A DNA stretch of 51,919 bases, filler included, from Sphacelaria rigidula (GCA_964200075.2; 3 parts of 3 records of this genome joined end to end with filler, not necessarily neighbours in it); one strand, 5' to 3'. Positions 1 through 8,847 are shown, counted from the whole stretch's first letter. Translations and numbers: made by a program. The notes: generated by a model not told the origin, from the letters alone.

Positions 1-1
1 T

Positions 2-334
2 TTAGTTACTTTATTTTTACCAGCAGGAACATCTTTAGCTTTAAGCTTTTTATTAATTCCTGTAGAAATTTTATCGTATTTTTTTAAACCAGTGAGTTTG
101 GGTGTACGTTTATTTGCTAATCTTATGGCAGGTCATACGCTATTGAAAGTTATTATTGGTTTTAGTTGGGCTTTATTAGGGGCCGGGGGTATTCTCTTTA
201 TTTTTTATTTATTACCTTTAGCTGCTATTGTAATTTTGTTTGTTTTAGAAACAGCTGTTTCTGTTATACAGTCTTATGTTTTTACAATACTAATTACTAT
301 ATATTTAAATGACGTTATTAGTTTAAGTCATTAA
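2..334 (+). CDS. atp6: ATP synthase F0 subunit a, 3' part (5' end outside the window)
   Basis: Frame is open from position 2: LFLPAGTSLALSFLLIPVEILSYFFKPVSLGVRLFANLMAGHTLLK...LETAVSVIQSYVFTIL. Contains the canonical RLFAN.MAGH motif. Confidence 0.97.
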   Translation, partial: LVTLFLPAGTSLALSFLLIPVEILSYFFKPVSLGVRLFANLMAGHTLLKVIIGFSWALLGAGGILFIFYLLPLAAIVILFVLETAVSVIQSYVFTILITIYLNDVISLSH

Positions 335-435
335 TTATAAGTTTAGTTATTTAACTTCCATATTAGGTGATGGTCTCATTTTTTTGTAAATACGTAAAAA
401 CCTTTTTATTTTAAAATTAATTTTATATATTGAAC

Positions 436-507
436 GCAATATAGCAATAATACACGTATAGTGTGTTAATTTAAGGGCTTCTGTAGGTTCAATACCTACG
501 TATTGCA
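436..507 (+). ncRNA. tRNA-like element (pseudo-tRNA or t-element) immediately upstream of nad2
   Basis: 7-bp acceptor stem GCAATAT/GTATTGC plus discriminator A, perfect T-arm GTAGG-TTCAATA-CCTAC, 72 nt total. The D and anticodon arms are replaced by a single hairpin (TAATACAC-GTATA-GTGTGTTA); no assignable anticodon. Confidence 0.6.
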
Positions 508-508
508 T

Positions 509-2101
509 ATGAATAAGGTTAATTTTTTATTATCTCAAAATGATGTGGTAGGTTTATTACCCGAATTATTTTTGGCAATAGCTTTTTTAATTGTTTTAAT
601 TCATGGAAGTTCTCAATTAATTTTAGCTACTCGCTTATATACATATATTATACCAAGTATTTCTCGTTTAACATTAGTTATTTTAGCTTTAAGTGTTATT
701 CTAATCTGCAATAATCCAGTTATAAATCAAACTTTATGGGGTGGTACCTTTATTTTAGATTGTTTAGGCCTATCTTTAAAAGCTTTTGTTGTTATCATTA
801 TGTTCTTATGTGTATTAGTTAGTGAAGATTACCTTTATTTAGCTCGCATACGTGCTTATGAAATTTTTGTGTTCTTTATAGGTATTAGTTTAAGTTTATG
901 CTTATTAATTTCATCTTATGATACACTTTCTATTTATTTAAGTATAGAATTTTTATCTTTAATTTTTTATACTTTAGCTGCTTGGAAAAAAGATTCAGGT
1001 TTTTCTGCTGAAGCTAGTTTAAAATATTTTATTCTTGGTTCTTTGGCTTCTACTTTTTATTTGTTTGGGGCGTCTTTAATTTATTTTTCTACTGGAACTA
1101 CAAATTTAGGGTCATTATGTTTATTGCTTGATAGTATGTCCACGGGTTTTAACGTTACAGATTATCAAGATCCTTGGTTTTTTGTTTTTAATTCTTTTAA
1201 AAGTTCACCTTGGGTTAATTGGTATGGTTTTGAATGGTTTGATATAGCTCCTTCTACTATTCTTTATATCGGTTTTTTGTTTTTGGGCTCAGCTTTACTT
1301 TTTAAATTAGGTGTGGCTCCTTATCATTTTTGGGTTGCAGACGTTTACGAAGGTGTTCCTAGTTTAGTTAGCTTAATTTTTGCATCTGTTCCAAAACTTG
1401 CTATTTTTATTGTGTTATCACGTATAGTTTTTATTAGCTCATGGTCTTTTTTTATTGTTTTATGGAAAATGCTTTTTAGCGTATGTTGTCTTTTAAGTTT
1501 CTTTTTTGGTTGTATCGGAGGTTTAGGTGAAATTAAATTAAAAAGAATTTTTGCTTTTAGTGGTATTGGTCATATAGGATTTGTTTGTGCTGGCATTTCA
1601 TGCGGTAGTATTGAAGGTGTACAATCTATGTTTTTCTATTTGTTAATTTATACAGTAACTGCAGTTTTCTTATGGACTTTTGTTTTGTGCCTTAGTCCTT
1701 TAAAGAAAAAATGGTTGTCATTAGTTGACTGCGTAGGTATTGTACAGTCAAACCCTATTCTTGGGTTAACCACCTGTTTGATGATATTTTCTCTAGCAGG
1801 TATACCCCCGTTTGGTGGTTTTTTTGCTAAAGTTTTTGTGTTTGTTGCTTTAATTTCTAACTCTTCTTTTTATATTGCCTTTTTTGCTGTTTTAACTAGT
1901 GTTATTTCTGCTTTCTACTATTTACGTTTAATAAAAATTCTTTTTTTTGAGAAAAGCCACCAATGGTTTTTTTTAAATCCTTTGTCTAAATCTTATGCAT
2001 TAGTACTTGGAATTACTTCGTTCAGTGTTTTATTCTTTGTAATTAATCCAACGTTTTTGTATCTATTTACTTATAAGTTAAGTTTAAATTTATTTATTTA
2101 A
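509..2101 (+). CDS. nad2: NADH dehydrogenase subunit 2
   Basis: Motifs LLPELFL, EASLKYFILGS, FKLGVAPYHFWVADVYEG, FSLAGIPPFGGFFAK and AFYYLRLIK. ATG at 509 is preferred over the TTG at 503, which lies inside the tRNA-like stem. Confidence 0.97.
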   Translation: MNKVNFLLSQNDVVGLLPELFLAIAFLIVLIHGSSQLILATRLYTYIIPSISRLTLVILALSVILICNNPVINQTLWGGTFILDCLGLSLKAFVVIIMFLCVLVSEDYLYLARIRAYEIFVFFIGISLSLCLLISSYDTLSIYLSIEFLSLIFYTLAAWKKDSGFSAEASLKYFILGSLASTFYLFGASLIYFSTGTTNLGSLCLLLDSMSTGFNVTDYQDPWFFVFNSFKSSPWVNWYGFEWFDIAPSTILYIGFLFLGSALLFKLGVAPYHFWVADVYEGVPSLVSLIFASVPKLAIFIVLSRIVFISSWSFFIVLWKMLFSVCCLLSFFFGCIGGLGEIKLKRIFAFSGIGHIGFVCAGISCGSIEGVQSMFFYLLIYTVTAVFLWTFVLCLSPLKKKWLSLVDCVGIVQSNPILGLTTCLMIFSLAGIPPFGGFFAKVFVFVALISNSSFYIAFFAVLTSVISAFYYLRLIKILFFEKSHQWFFLNPLSKSYALVLGITSFSVLFFVINPTFLYLFTYKLSLNLFI

Positions 2102-2151
2102 AAATATTTTTTTATTGTTCATTAATATTAAAGCATTAAAATATTAATTAA

Positions 2152-2223
2152 GGGCTTGTAACTCAGTGGTAGAGTGTGTGCCTGATAAGCGTAAAGTCAG
2201 TCGTTCAACTCGACTCTGGCCCA
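2152..2223 (+). tRNA. trnI: tRNA-Ile(GAT)
   Basis: Cloverleaf: acceptor GGGCTTG/CTGGCCC (one T-T mismatch), D-stem ACTC/GAGT, anticodon arm TGTGC-CTGATAA-GCGTA, T-arm AGTCG-TTCAACT-CGACT. Confidence 0.95.
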
Positions 2224-2237
2224 TATAAATTTATTTT

Positions 2238-2310
2238 GCATTCTTAGCTTATTGGATAGAGCACTAGTCTTCTAAACTGGGGGTGATAGGTTCGAATCCT
2301 ATAGAATGCG
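2238..2310 (+). tRNA. trnR: tRNA-Arg(TCT)
   Basis: Acceptor GCATTCT/AGAATGC, D-stem GCTT/GAGC, anticodon arm CTAGT-CTTCTAA-ACTGG, T-arm ATAGG-TTCGAAT-CCTAT. Confidence 0.96.
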
Positions 2311-2370
2311 TATACATAAAAGTATATTTTTTAAAGTAACTTTAAAAAATCAAATTATTTTAATTAATAT

Positions 2371-2511
2371 ATGCCTCAATTCGATATTTTATGTTTCTTT
2401 AGCCAAACTTTTTGGGTCTTTATCTTTTTTAATAGCGCTTATTGTATTCTTATTAGTACAAATTTGTGCAATTTAACAAGCATTTTTAAAGTACGAAATA
2501 TACTTTTATAA
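2371..2511 (+). CDS. atp8: ATP synthase subunit 8 (46 aa; absent from the supplied ORF track)
   Basis: Hand translation MPQFDILCFFSQTFWVFIFFNSAYCILISTNLCNLTSIFKVRNILL*. Shows the diagnostic MPQ(F/L)D start, a Q.FW motif, one hydrophobic stretch and a basic KVR tail. Confidence 0.92.
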   Translation: MPQFDILCFFSQTFWVFIFFNSAYCILISTNLCNLTSIFKVRNILL

Positions 2512-2715
2512 TATATGTATATATTTATTTAAGGTTCGTCTTAATATCAAATAGTTAAAAATTTCTTACTGCAAATTACGTATATTAGAGCATAATTTAT
2601 AAGTTTTTATTTCCCATATAATGTTTTATTTATTTAAGTTTTAGGGAATAATAGTAAACTATAAAGAGTTATTTTAATTATTATTTTTGAGGTAAAATAA
2701 AGGGCTTAAATAATT

Positions 2716-3591
2716 ATGTCTGTTTTAATGTATATTCTTATATTTTTTATTTTATTTACATGTAATATTTCTTTAGCAAAAACAGTAGCTCAAAGTAACT
2801 GGCAAACGGGTTTTCAAGATCCGGCAACTCCTATTATGGAAGGTATTATTTACTTTAATAACCAGTTAATGTTTTTAATGATATTTATAGCTTGCTTTGT
2901 AGGGTGGTTACTGTTTAAAACTATTGTATATTATAGTGATATTAATTTTTTTAATAATACTAATTCGTCTGTAGTACGTGGGCAATCAACGCATTCTACA
3001 TTGCTTGAGATTGTATGGACTATTAGTCCAGCTGCATTATTAATGCTTATTGGTTTACCTTCCTTTTCTTTACTTTACTCTATGGATGAGACAGTAGATC
3101 CTTCTCTTACTTTGAAGGTTATCGGTCACCAATGGTATTGGTCTTATGAATACTCAGATTATGTTAATCAAATTGCAGAATCCAATGAGGAAAATATTAC
3201 TAAAGTAAAAGGTATTAAATTTGATTCTTATCTAGTTCCAGAAGAAGAGTTAATGATACCTAAACCTTATAAGTCAGTTAAAGGTGCTAATGTTTTAAGA
3301 TTATTAGAGGTGGATAATCGAGTTGTTCTTCCTATTTATACGCATATTCGAGCTCTTGTTACTGGTGCAGATGTACTTCACTCTTGGGCTATTCCAAGTT
3401 TAGGTGTAAAAGTAGATTCTTGTCCTGGTAGGTTAAATCAAATTTTTTTATTTTTAAAACGAGATGGAGTTTTTTATGGTCAATGTAGTGAAATTTGTGG
3501 TGTTAATCATGGATTTATGCCTATTGTAGTTAAAGGTGTGCCTTTAGAAAAGTATATTGTTTGGATTAGCCAAAGACTAAAAGATTCTTAA
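2716..3591 (+). CDS. cox2: Cytochrome c oxidase subunit 2
   Basis: Motifs GFQDPATPIMEG, GHQWYWSYEY, LLEVDNR and DVLHSW, plus the CuA motif CSEICGVNHGFM. Confidence 0.98.
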   Translation: MSVLMYILIFFILFTCNISLAKTVAQSNWQTGFQDPATPIMEGIIYFNNQLMFLMIFIACFVGWLLFKTIVYYSDINFFNNTNSSVVRGQSTHSTLLEIVWTISPAALLMLIGLPSFSLLYSMDETVDPSLTLKVIGHQWYWSYEYSDYVNQIAESNEENITKVKGIKFDSYLVPEEELMIPKPYKSVKGANVLRLLEVDNRVVLPIYTHIRALVTGADVLHSWAIPSLGVKVDSCPGRLNQIFLFLKRDGVFYGQCSEICGVNHGFMPIVVKGVPLEKYIVWISQRLKDS

Positions 3592-3597
3592 TTATAT

Positions 3598-4120
3598 ATG
3601 ATTATGACTAATACAAATCTTCAGCGTCATTCATTTCATTTAGTTGATCCAAGTCCTTGGCCTTTAGTTACGGCAATGGGGGTTTTAAGTATGGTTTTTG
3701 GTGGTGTAATGGTGTTAAATTATTTTGATGGAGGTAAAAATCTTTTGATTTTAGGTTTAATAACTACTATATTGTCTGCGGGCATTTGGTGGCGTGATAT
3801 TGTGCGTGAAGCTTTATTTGAAGGATATCATACTTCGATAGTTCAAAATGGGTTGCGTTTAGGTATGATTTTATTTATTGGTTCTGAAATAATGTTTTTT
3901 TTTGCTTTTTTTTGGGCTTTCTTTACTTCTTCTCTTTCCCCCGTTTTTAATATAGGAGGTGTTTGGCCTCCTGTTGGGGTTAAGGTTATTAGTCCTTGGG
4001 ATTTGCCCCTATTAAACACTATTCTTTTGCTTTCTTCAGGAGCTTCTATTACTTGGGCCCATCATTCTATTGTAGGTGGTTTTAAGGTAGAGGCGGAAAA
4101 TGGTTTATTATTGACTTTAT
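3598..4120 (+). CDS. cox3: Cytochrome c oxidase subunit 3, 5' part (cut by the N gap at 4121-4128)
   Basis: Motifs HSFHLVDPSPWP, WWRDIVRE, GMILFIGSEIMFFFAFFWAFF and PLLNTILLLSSGASITWAHH. Sequence after the gap is not Cox3-like. Confidence 0.97.
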
Positions 4121-4223
4121 NNNNNNNNATCCGGAAAATAGAAAATTTTAAATATACTTGAATCGTATTATGTTATTGTTATAGTATTTATTTATTTTCT
4201 AGGATACACAGATATTATAATAA

Positions 4224-4630
4224 ATGTTGAATACTTATTTGGATAATTCATCTTTTGATTATAAGTATCGACAACTTATAATTAAATATGATAAAAATAA
4301 TCCTAAATTTGTATATACAAATTTAGGATTATTTAGAAGGTTTTCTTTAATAACTAATAATTTTGTTAGGTGTCATAGATTAGAAAACTTAAGACAAAAA
4401 AATGCTGCTAATATGGCGAAAGTAAACAATGATCTTATATATGTTATTTCTGATATAGAGGTTTTAACGCTTTCTTATGAATTAATAAAATATAAACCTA
4501 GCAAAATGATGAATAGTCTAAAAAGTAAAACTTTTAGTAATATTGAATTATATTGGTTAAAATCATTAAGTGATCATATATTAGCAGGTAAAACTAATAA
4601 TTGTGGTTTGTCAAGATCTTTTGAAATTGG
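4224..4630 (+). pseudogene. Group II intron-encoded protein, segment 1 (RT-0 to start of RT-2), degenerate
   Basis: LIYVISDIEVLTLSYELIKYKPSKM...IELYWLKSLSDHILAGK resembles RT subdomain 0 of mitochondrial-lineage IEPs. It ends RSFEIG directly before a GTGCG. Confidence 0.75.
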
Positions 4631-5357
4631 GTGCGAGCTGTTGTTGTAAAATAAGAATTTGATATCTTATGTTAAATCAAGTGTGTTTAAAAATAGCCAC
4701 TTAACTAATGATGCAGGCAGGTAATCATTCCTGTATACCTAATTCTTTTAAAAAGGTATTGATCGCACATCCTTATTTATCAAGGGAGCGTTCTCACGTT
4801 TTTATATTTCGCGATAAATTATAATGTAAAATCGGAAGCGAGGGTGAAAGTAATTAACTTTTTAAAATACTTAAAATTTAATTATGAGAATGTTTTAGAT
4901 AAGTTTACAGAAATGAAACCGATGTTTTAAAACACCTTATACAAAAAAATCTGGGTTAATAGTATGTAAGGCTCGTCCTATCCAGTTTGATATTTAATCG
5001 AAATCATCCGTTATACAGAAAAGACTTGTGCAGTATAAGCTTTTTAAGAATCTTTAAAAAAGGATGAGGTGTAAAGTTGGGAACATATCTTTTATTATGC
5101 ATTATTGGAACAGAATAAGTGAATTTAAGCTCTACTTTTCTATTCATGCTATAGTAAGTAGTAGGATTCGCGCTATATGCTTCTATTCATTGCGATTTTG
5201 CAAAAAGCAAATGGGTACGCGTAATACGTATCATATGCCTACGTGTGAAGCCAAAATAACAACTGAATTATTATTTTGGTAGGAGCCGTATGAGTAGAGA
5301 TACTCATGTACGGTTTTGTAATGGCAGGATATATGGTAACATATGCTTGACCATAAG
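4631..5357 (+). mobile_element. Inner ORF-less group II intron (IIB-like geometry) inserted in the IEP ORF
   Basis: 5' GTGCGA. Domain V at 5283-5316 (GAGCCGTATGAGTA-GAGA-TACTCA-TG-TACGGTTT). Domain VI ATGGCAGG/CTTG-A-CCAT with bulged A5350. Excision restores the frame as RSFEIG|NTKEKIIQKAL. A 3' end at 5351 or 5354 would also be in frame. Confidence 0.85.
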
Positions 5358-5722
5358 TAATACAAAAGAAAAAATTATTCAAAAAGCTTTGTGTTTAGTA
5401 TTAGAAGCTATTTGGTATTCTAATATTTCTAACAATTCAAATATTTTTTTGAATAAATTTAAATCTAACTTTAAAAATGTTCCTTGGGTTATTCGTATTG
5501 ATTTATCTAATTTTTTTGATTCTCAAATGTTAATCTATTTGATAAGTAAACGGATAAATTGTAAAAAAACTATTGATCTTTTATCTCGATTTTTAGAAAA
5601 AGATTATTTTTGTTCAGGTAAAAAAGGTTTTGATAAAAATAATATATCATTCCCTAGTTACAGTACATTAAATTTTATTTTTTGTAATATTATTTTTTAT
5701 TAATTTGAACTTTATTTAAAGC
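5358..5722 (+). pseudogene. Group II IEP segment 2 (RT-2 to RT-4), degenerate, with in-frame TAA at 5701-5703
   Basis: KEKIIQKALCLVLEAI (RT-2), WVIRIDLSNFFDS (RT-3), KRINCKKTIDLLSRFLEKDY, and FPSYSTLNFIFCNIIFY*FELYL (degenerate RT-4). N gap at 5723-5730. Confidence 0.78.
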
Positions 5723-5732
5723 NNNNNNNNTA

Positions 5733-6302
5733 AATTCTTCTTCTTACTTGTTACATAATAAAACTAAATATTTTTTGCAAATGCGTCTATATGCTTCTTT
5801 GTATCCTCTTTTTTTAAACTTAAAAAAAAAGGGTTTTTTTAGATTAGTAAATGGATTTTTTAAGCCGACAAGTGTTCGAAGGTTCGTTAATTTTGAGCAT
5901 ATGGATATATTTATACTTTATAACAATATTATTCGTGGTATTTATTACTATTATTATTCTCATGCAAATAATCTAAAAAATATTAGACGTTTATTATATG
6001 GTCTTAAAGCATCTTGTGCTTTGACTTTAGCTTTTAAATTTAAAGTTTATTATCGTTCAAAAGCGTATAAGCAATTAGGGTCTAATCTTAATAGTAACGA
6101 TAATGTTAAACAATTTTTGTTTTTAGATTATAATATAAATAAAGTTGTAAATTATAAGTTAAAAACAGATTTCTTATTTTATCATAAATCTTTATGCTCA
6201 AAATTTTTTTACGCTTGTAAGTTTTATAGGCTTATTACAGTTTATAAATTTGGGTTTATTTCTTTTTGGTCGATGCAGTCATTGATGTTTAATCGTAAAT
6301 AA
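5733..6302 (+). pseudogene. Group II IEP segment 3, maturase domain X (no endonuclease domain seen)
   Basis: YNNIIRGIYYYYYSHANNLKNIRRLLYGLKASCALTLAFKFK...KAYKQLG matches the domain-X pattern (iRGi.nYY...N...l.y.lk.ScalTLa.K). Confidence 0.85.
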
Positions 6303-7101
6303 AAAATATTTTTATAGTATTCTAAGAGAAAATTTTATAAGTTTATATTATTAAAAATTTGGTAATAGCATATTTTTAGTTCTTGTTTAATTTTTATTCT
6401 AGCTAGCCATATGATAAGAGATTATCACGTATGGTTTTGTGGGCAAATATACTGGTTAAAAGCTTTGTGAAGTTAAAACCCTCGCCATGTAAGGGTTCGT
6501 ATAAGGGTTAAAGATCCGCCCAAGAAGCAGCATAACTCAAAGAATGCGTACGTCGTATATTCGGGGTGATGAGTGTGAACCCAGCCATGCGCCGAAATAA
6601 AAAAACAAAAATATACCGGAATGCCCTCCCTATATTTGTGATTTGCCCGCACTTGGCCCGCATATAAAATCATTGCAATTTTGAACGGAAACTTTGCTCG
6701 TGCATTTCTCGACCGTGGGTAAAGGCACCCCCATGAAACTTGGCGCAATAGTTGGATACTACACAGGCAATACTCTATATGCCCCGGAAGACAGCTCCTT
6801 TCGGCCAACGAGCAAATTAAACTACGCAAAAACCGATGTACCGTCGGTAGACCCTCGAGACGGCTATCTCGCAGCCCAGTTTCTGTGCACTGTGAGTGAA
6901 TGCATATCTGGAAATGGTGGTGCACTCACTTTCACATCATGATCACCTGGGAGGGTACTGTGCTAGCAAACAAGCATAGATCAGTACTGGCACACCCTCT
7001 GGATAATGACAATATATAGAGAAGTCACTCCGGTATCGTCTGTAGAGATACTCAGCGCGCGCTGTTGTCGCTGCAAGGCGCTTAAACTTCGGTCATACGT
7101 A

Positions 7102-7129
7102 GTTGATTGATTGATTGATTGATTGATTG
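7102..7129. repeat. (GATT)n microsatellite
   Basis: TTGATTGATTGATTGATTGATTGATTG read directly from the sequence. Confidence 0.95.
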
Positions 7130-8295
7130 TCGCACTTTATGTAAACCACAATCAACACGCCCATGCATCTGGATTTGAGGTTGGGCGTTGCAACAGTGCG
7201 TGAGGGGATGAAAAGTGCTAGGATTCTGTTCCGAAACAGCTGTTTTTAAAATTTACTTCGGAGGAAGACCGGAACCAGAGTGTACAGTATTGCAGTACAA
7301 CAATATCATACGTCGTCCAGGCGCCGAACTTTGCCAATAGCGATCTGTGTGTACACTGATCGAAACTGTATCGTTTCGACGACGGTAGCCGACATCGCCC
7401 TGAGAGAAATAAATATATTATGTTCTTTTGCTCGCGCGTATCTAGCAGCGGATTTTCAATAGGCAAGAAGCTAGGTAGGATGCAGCAGGTGGCACCCAAC
7501 ACGGTACCGCCGTTACGAGTACTACGCTGTACTCGTACTTGTACGTCACATAATAACCCCAGAACGGTCAGTCACACCAGCTGTGGTAACAACAGAGCTC
7601 CTCGATAGCTGCCTGAACTGCTGGGCAAAGAGAGCTAACCTTTATTCTCCATTATCAAATTAGATGAGTGATGTGTGACACTGACCTTCTAGCTTTCGCT
7701 GCTTGCTGATTCCCTCAGTAAGGAGTAGCCAAGTGCTGTTGCCGGCTGGTGAGCCCGTTTTTGCGGTGGGTCTCACCTATACGCTACGCGTAAACTCAGT
7801 CATAATCTACATTTTCGTTCACTAGTGAACGCATTAGCAGACGGTACGTGAGACTGCAAAGACGATGATGAATTCATCAGCGGAGGATGAGCGCCGCTTA
7901 TCCAGAGGAGGAAACGATACGTCGAATCGTGGCATGGTCAAAATCCACCAGGATCGTTCAATGCTCCAGACAGAGATCAAGAAATCCACAACTCATTATC
8001 CTTACAAGGCAAGCCAAGCAGGTGGTGGTTCTTTTCTACACTACGTTACAACATAGTTCGAATTACATCATAGACAACAGTGCAACACCCCTGGTATCCT
8101 CGGTAGCGTAGGAATGCACTGATCACCTCGATCTTTTTGTACGTCGTTTGACAGAGACTATGGCGAGAGAATCCGTTACGCCATGGGTACATTTGTCCCC
8201 ACTTCTCGCGCAGATCGTTACTTCATCCCCCCCCCCTCTCTTGGTTTCTGCTCGGTCATGTGGCAATCATCCTTTTGATGGATAACTCGTAACAG

Positions 8296-8398
8296 GAACC
8301 GAGGATAGACCAAAAGATGTACCAAGCAGAAATCCCAAGTCTGAAGACCCACACCTCCAACAGGGCAGCCACCAGAGGTTCATCCTCCCCGCGTGTAG
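8296..8398 (+). CDS. Exon of a nuclear ELM2-domain protein
   Basis: Bounded cag|...|gtgag. EPRIDQKMYQAEIPSL matches the ELM2 start (prvg..YQAEIP). Ends in phase 1, compatible with the exon at 8770. Confidence 0.75.
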
Positions 8399-8769
8399 GT
8401 GAGCTAAATGTTATTTCGGCCGCTGCACACGCTGCACGCGCTTTACGATACGTACTCTACATCACCTCTGCCGCGTGTGTTTGAACTCCGAACTATACGA
8501 ATGGCGTACTGTACTCTCAAGCTTTCTCCATGCCTTGAATTTAGTAGTACCCTGCAGTTTTGAAGAGTGCTCAGTCCGTGCTGGAGTGACATCCTGGCTG
8601 TTACCAGGGCAGTGAGTAAGACTAACGGAGAGCATACGACAGCAGCGTTGTAGACGGATAAACAGTAAGTAATTTGTTAGGGTGACGTTGTCTAAATCGC
8701 TCATCTTCCCTGATCCTTCCTTGCATTTGTTCACTTGATTTGTTGTCCGTTCCCCTCTCTATTCTTCAG

Positions 8770-8847
8770 TACCCGACCTCCGTCCGGGCCAGCTTTCGCC
8801 GACGGAGAACTGCGTCTGGTCCCCTGCTTTCGCGGACGACCGAAAAG
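8770..8847 (+). CDS. Exon of a nuclear ELM2-domain protein
   Basis: Pyrimidine tract and ttcag acceptor, gtaaga donor. Encodes VPDLRPGQLSPTENCVWSPAFADDRK with the ELM2 WSP motif; phases 1/1. Confidence 0.78.

Larger units (their letters stand above)
1..6452 (+). other. Mitochondrial-type DNA segment (NUMT, or mtDNA scaffolded onto a nuclear contig)
   Basis: AT-rich, densely packed respiratory genes and organellar tRNAs all on one strand, with Trp encoded by TGG. Switches abruptly to balanced-GC, repeat-rich DNA near 6450-6480; the right boundary is approximate. Confidence 0.93.
4129..6452 (+). mobile_element. Outer group II intron (domain IV ORF plus domain V; 5' end hidden in the gap, domain VI apparently truncated)
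   Basis: RT/maturase coding fragments are followed by domain V at 6404-6437 (AGCCATATGATAA-GAGA-TTATCA-CG-TATGGTT: AGC triad, GNRA loop, 2-nt bulge), then TGTGGGCA as the start of domain VI. Confidence 0.85.

Noticed and set aside
436-507. Mitochondrial tmRNA (ssrA)
   Set aside because: It lacks the G3-U70 alanine identity pair (position 3 is A-T). Kept only as a generic tRNA-like element.
4121-4161. C-terminus of cox3 as given in the ORF track
   Set aside because: The ORF reads through an N gap into non-Cox3 intron sequence.
5064-5357. ORF 5064-5282 and the MSRDTHVRF start of ORF 5290
   Set aside because: These are translations of intron domains IV-VI; the ATG at 5290 lies inside domain V.
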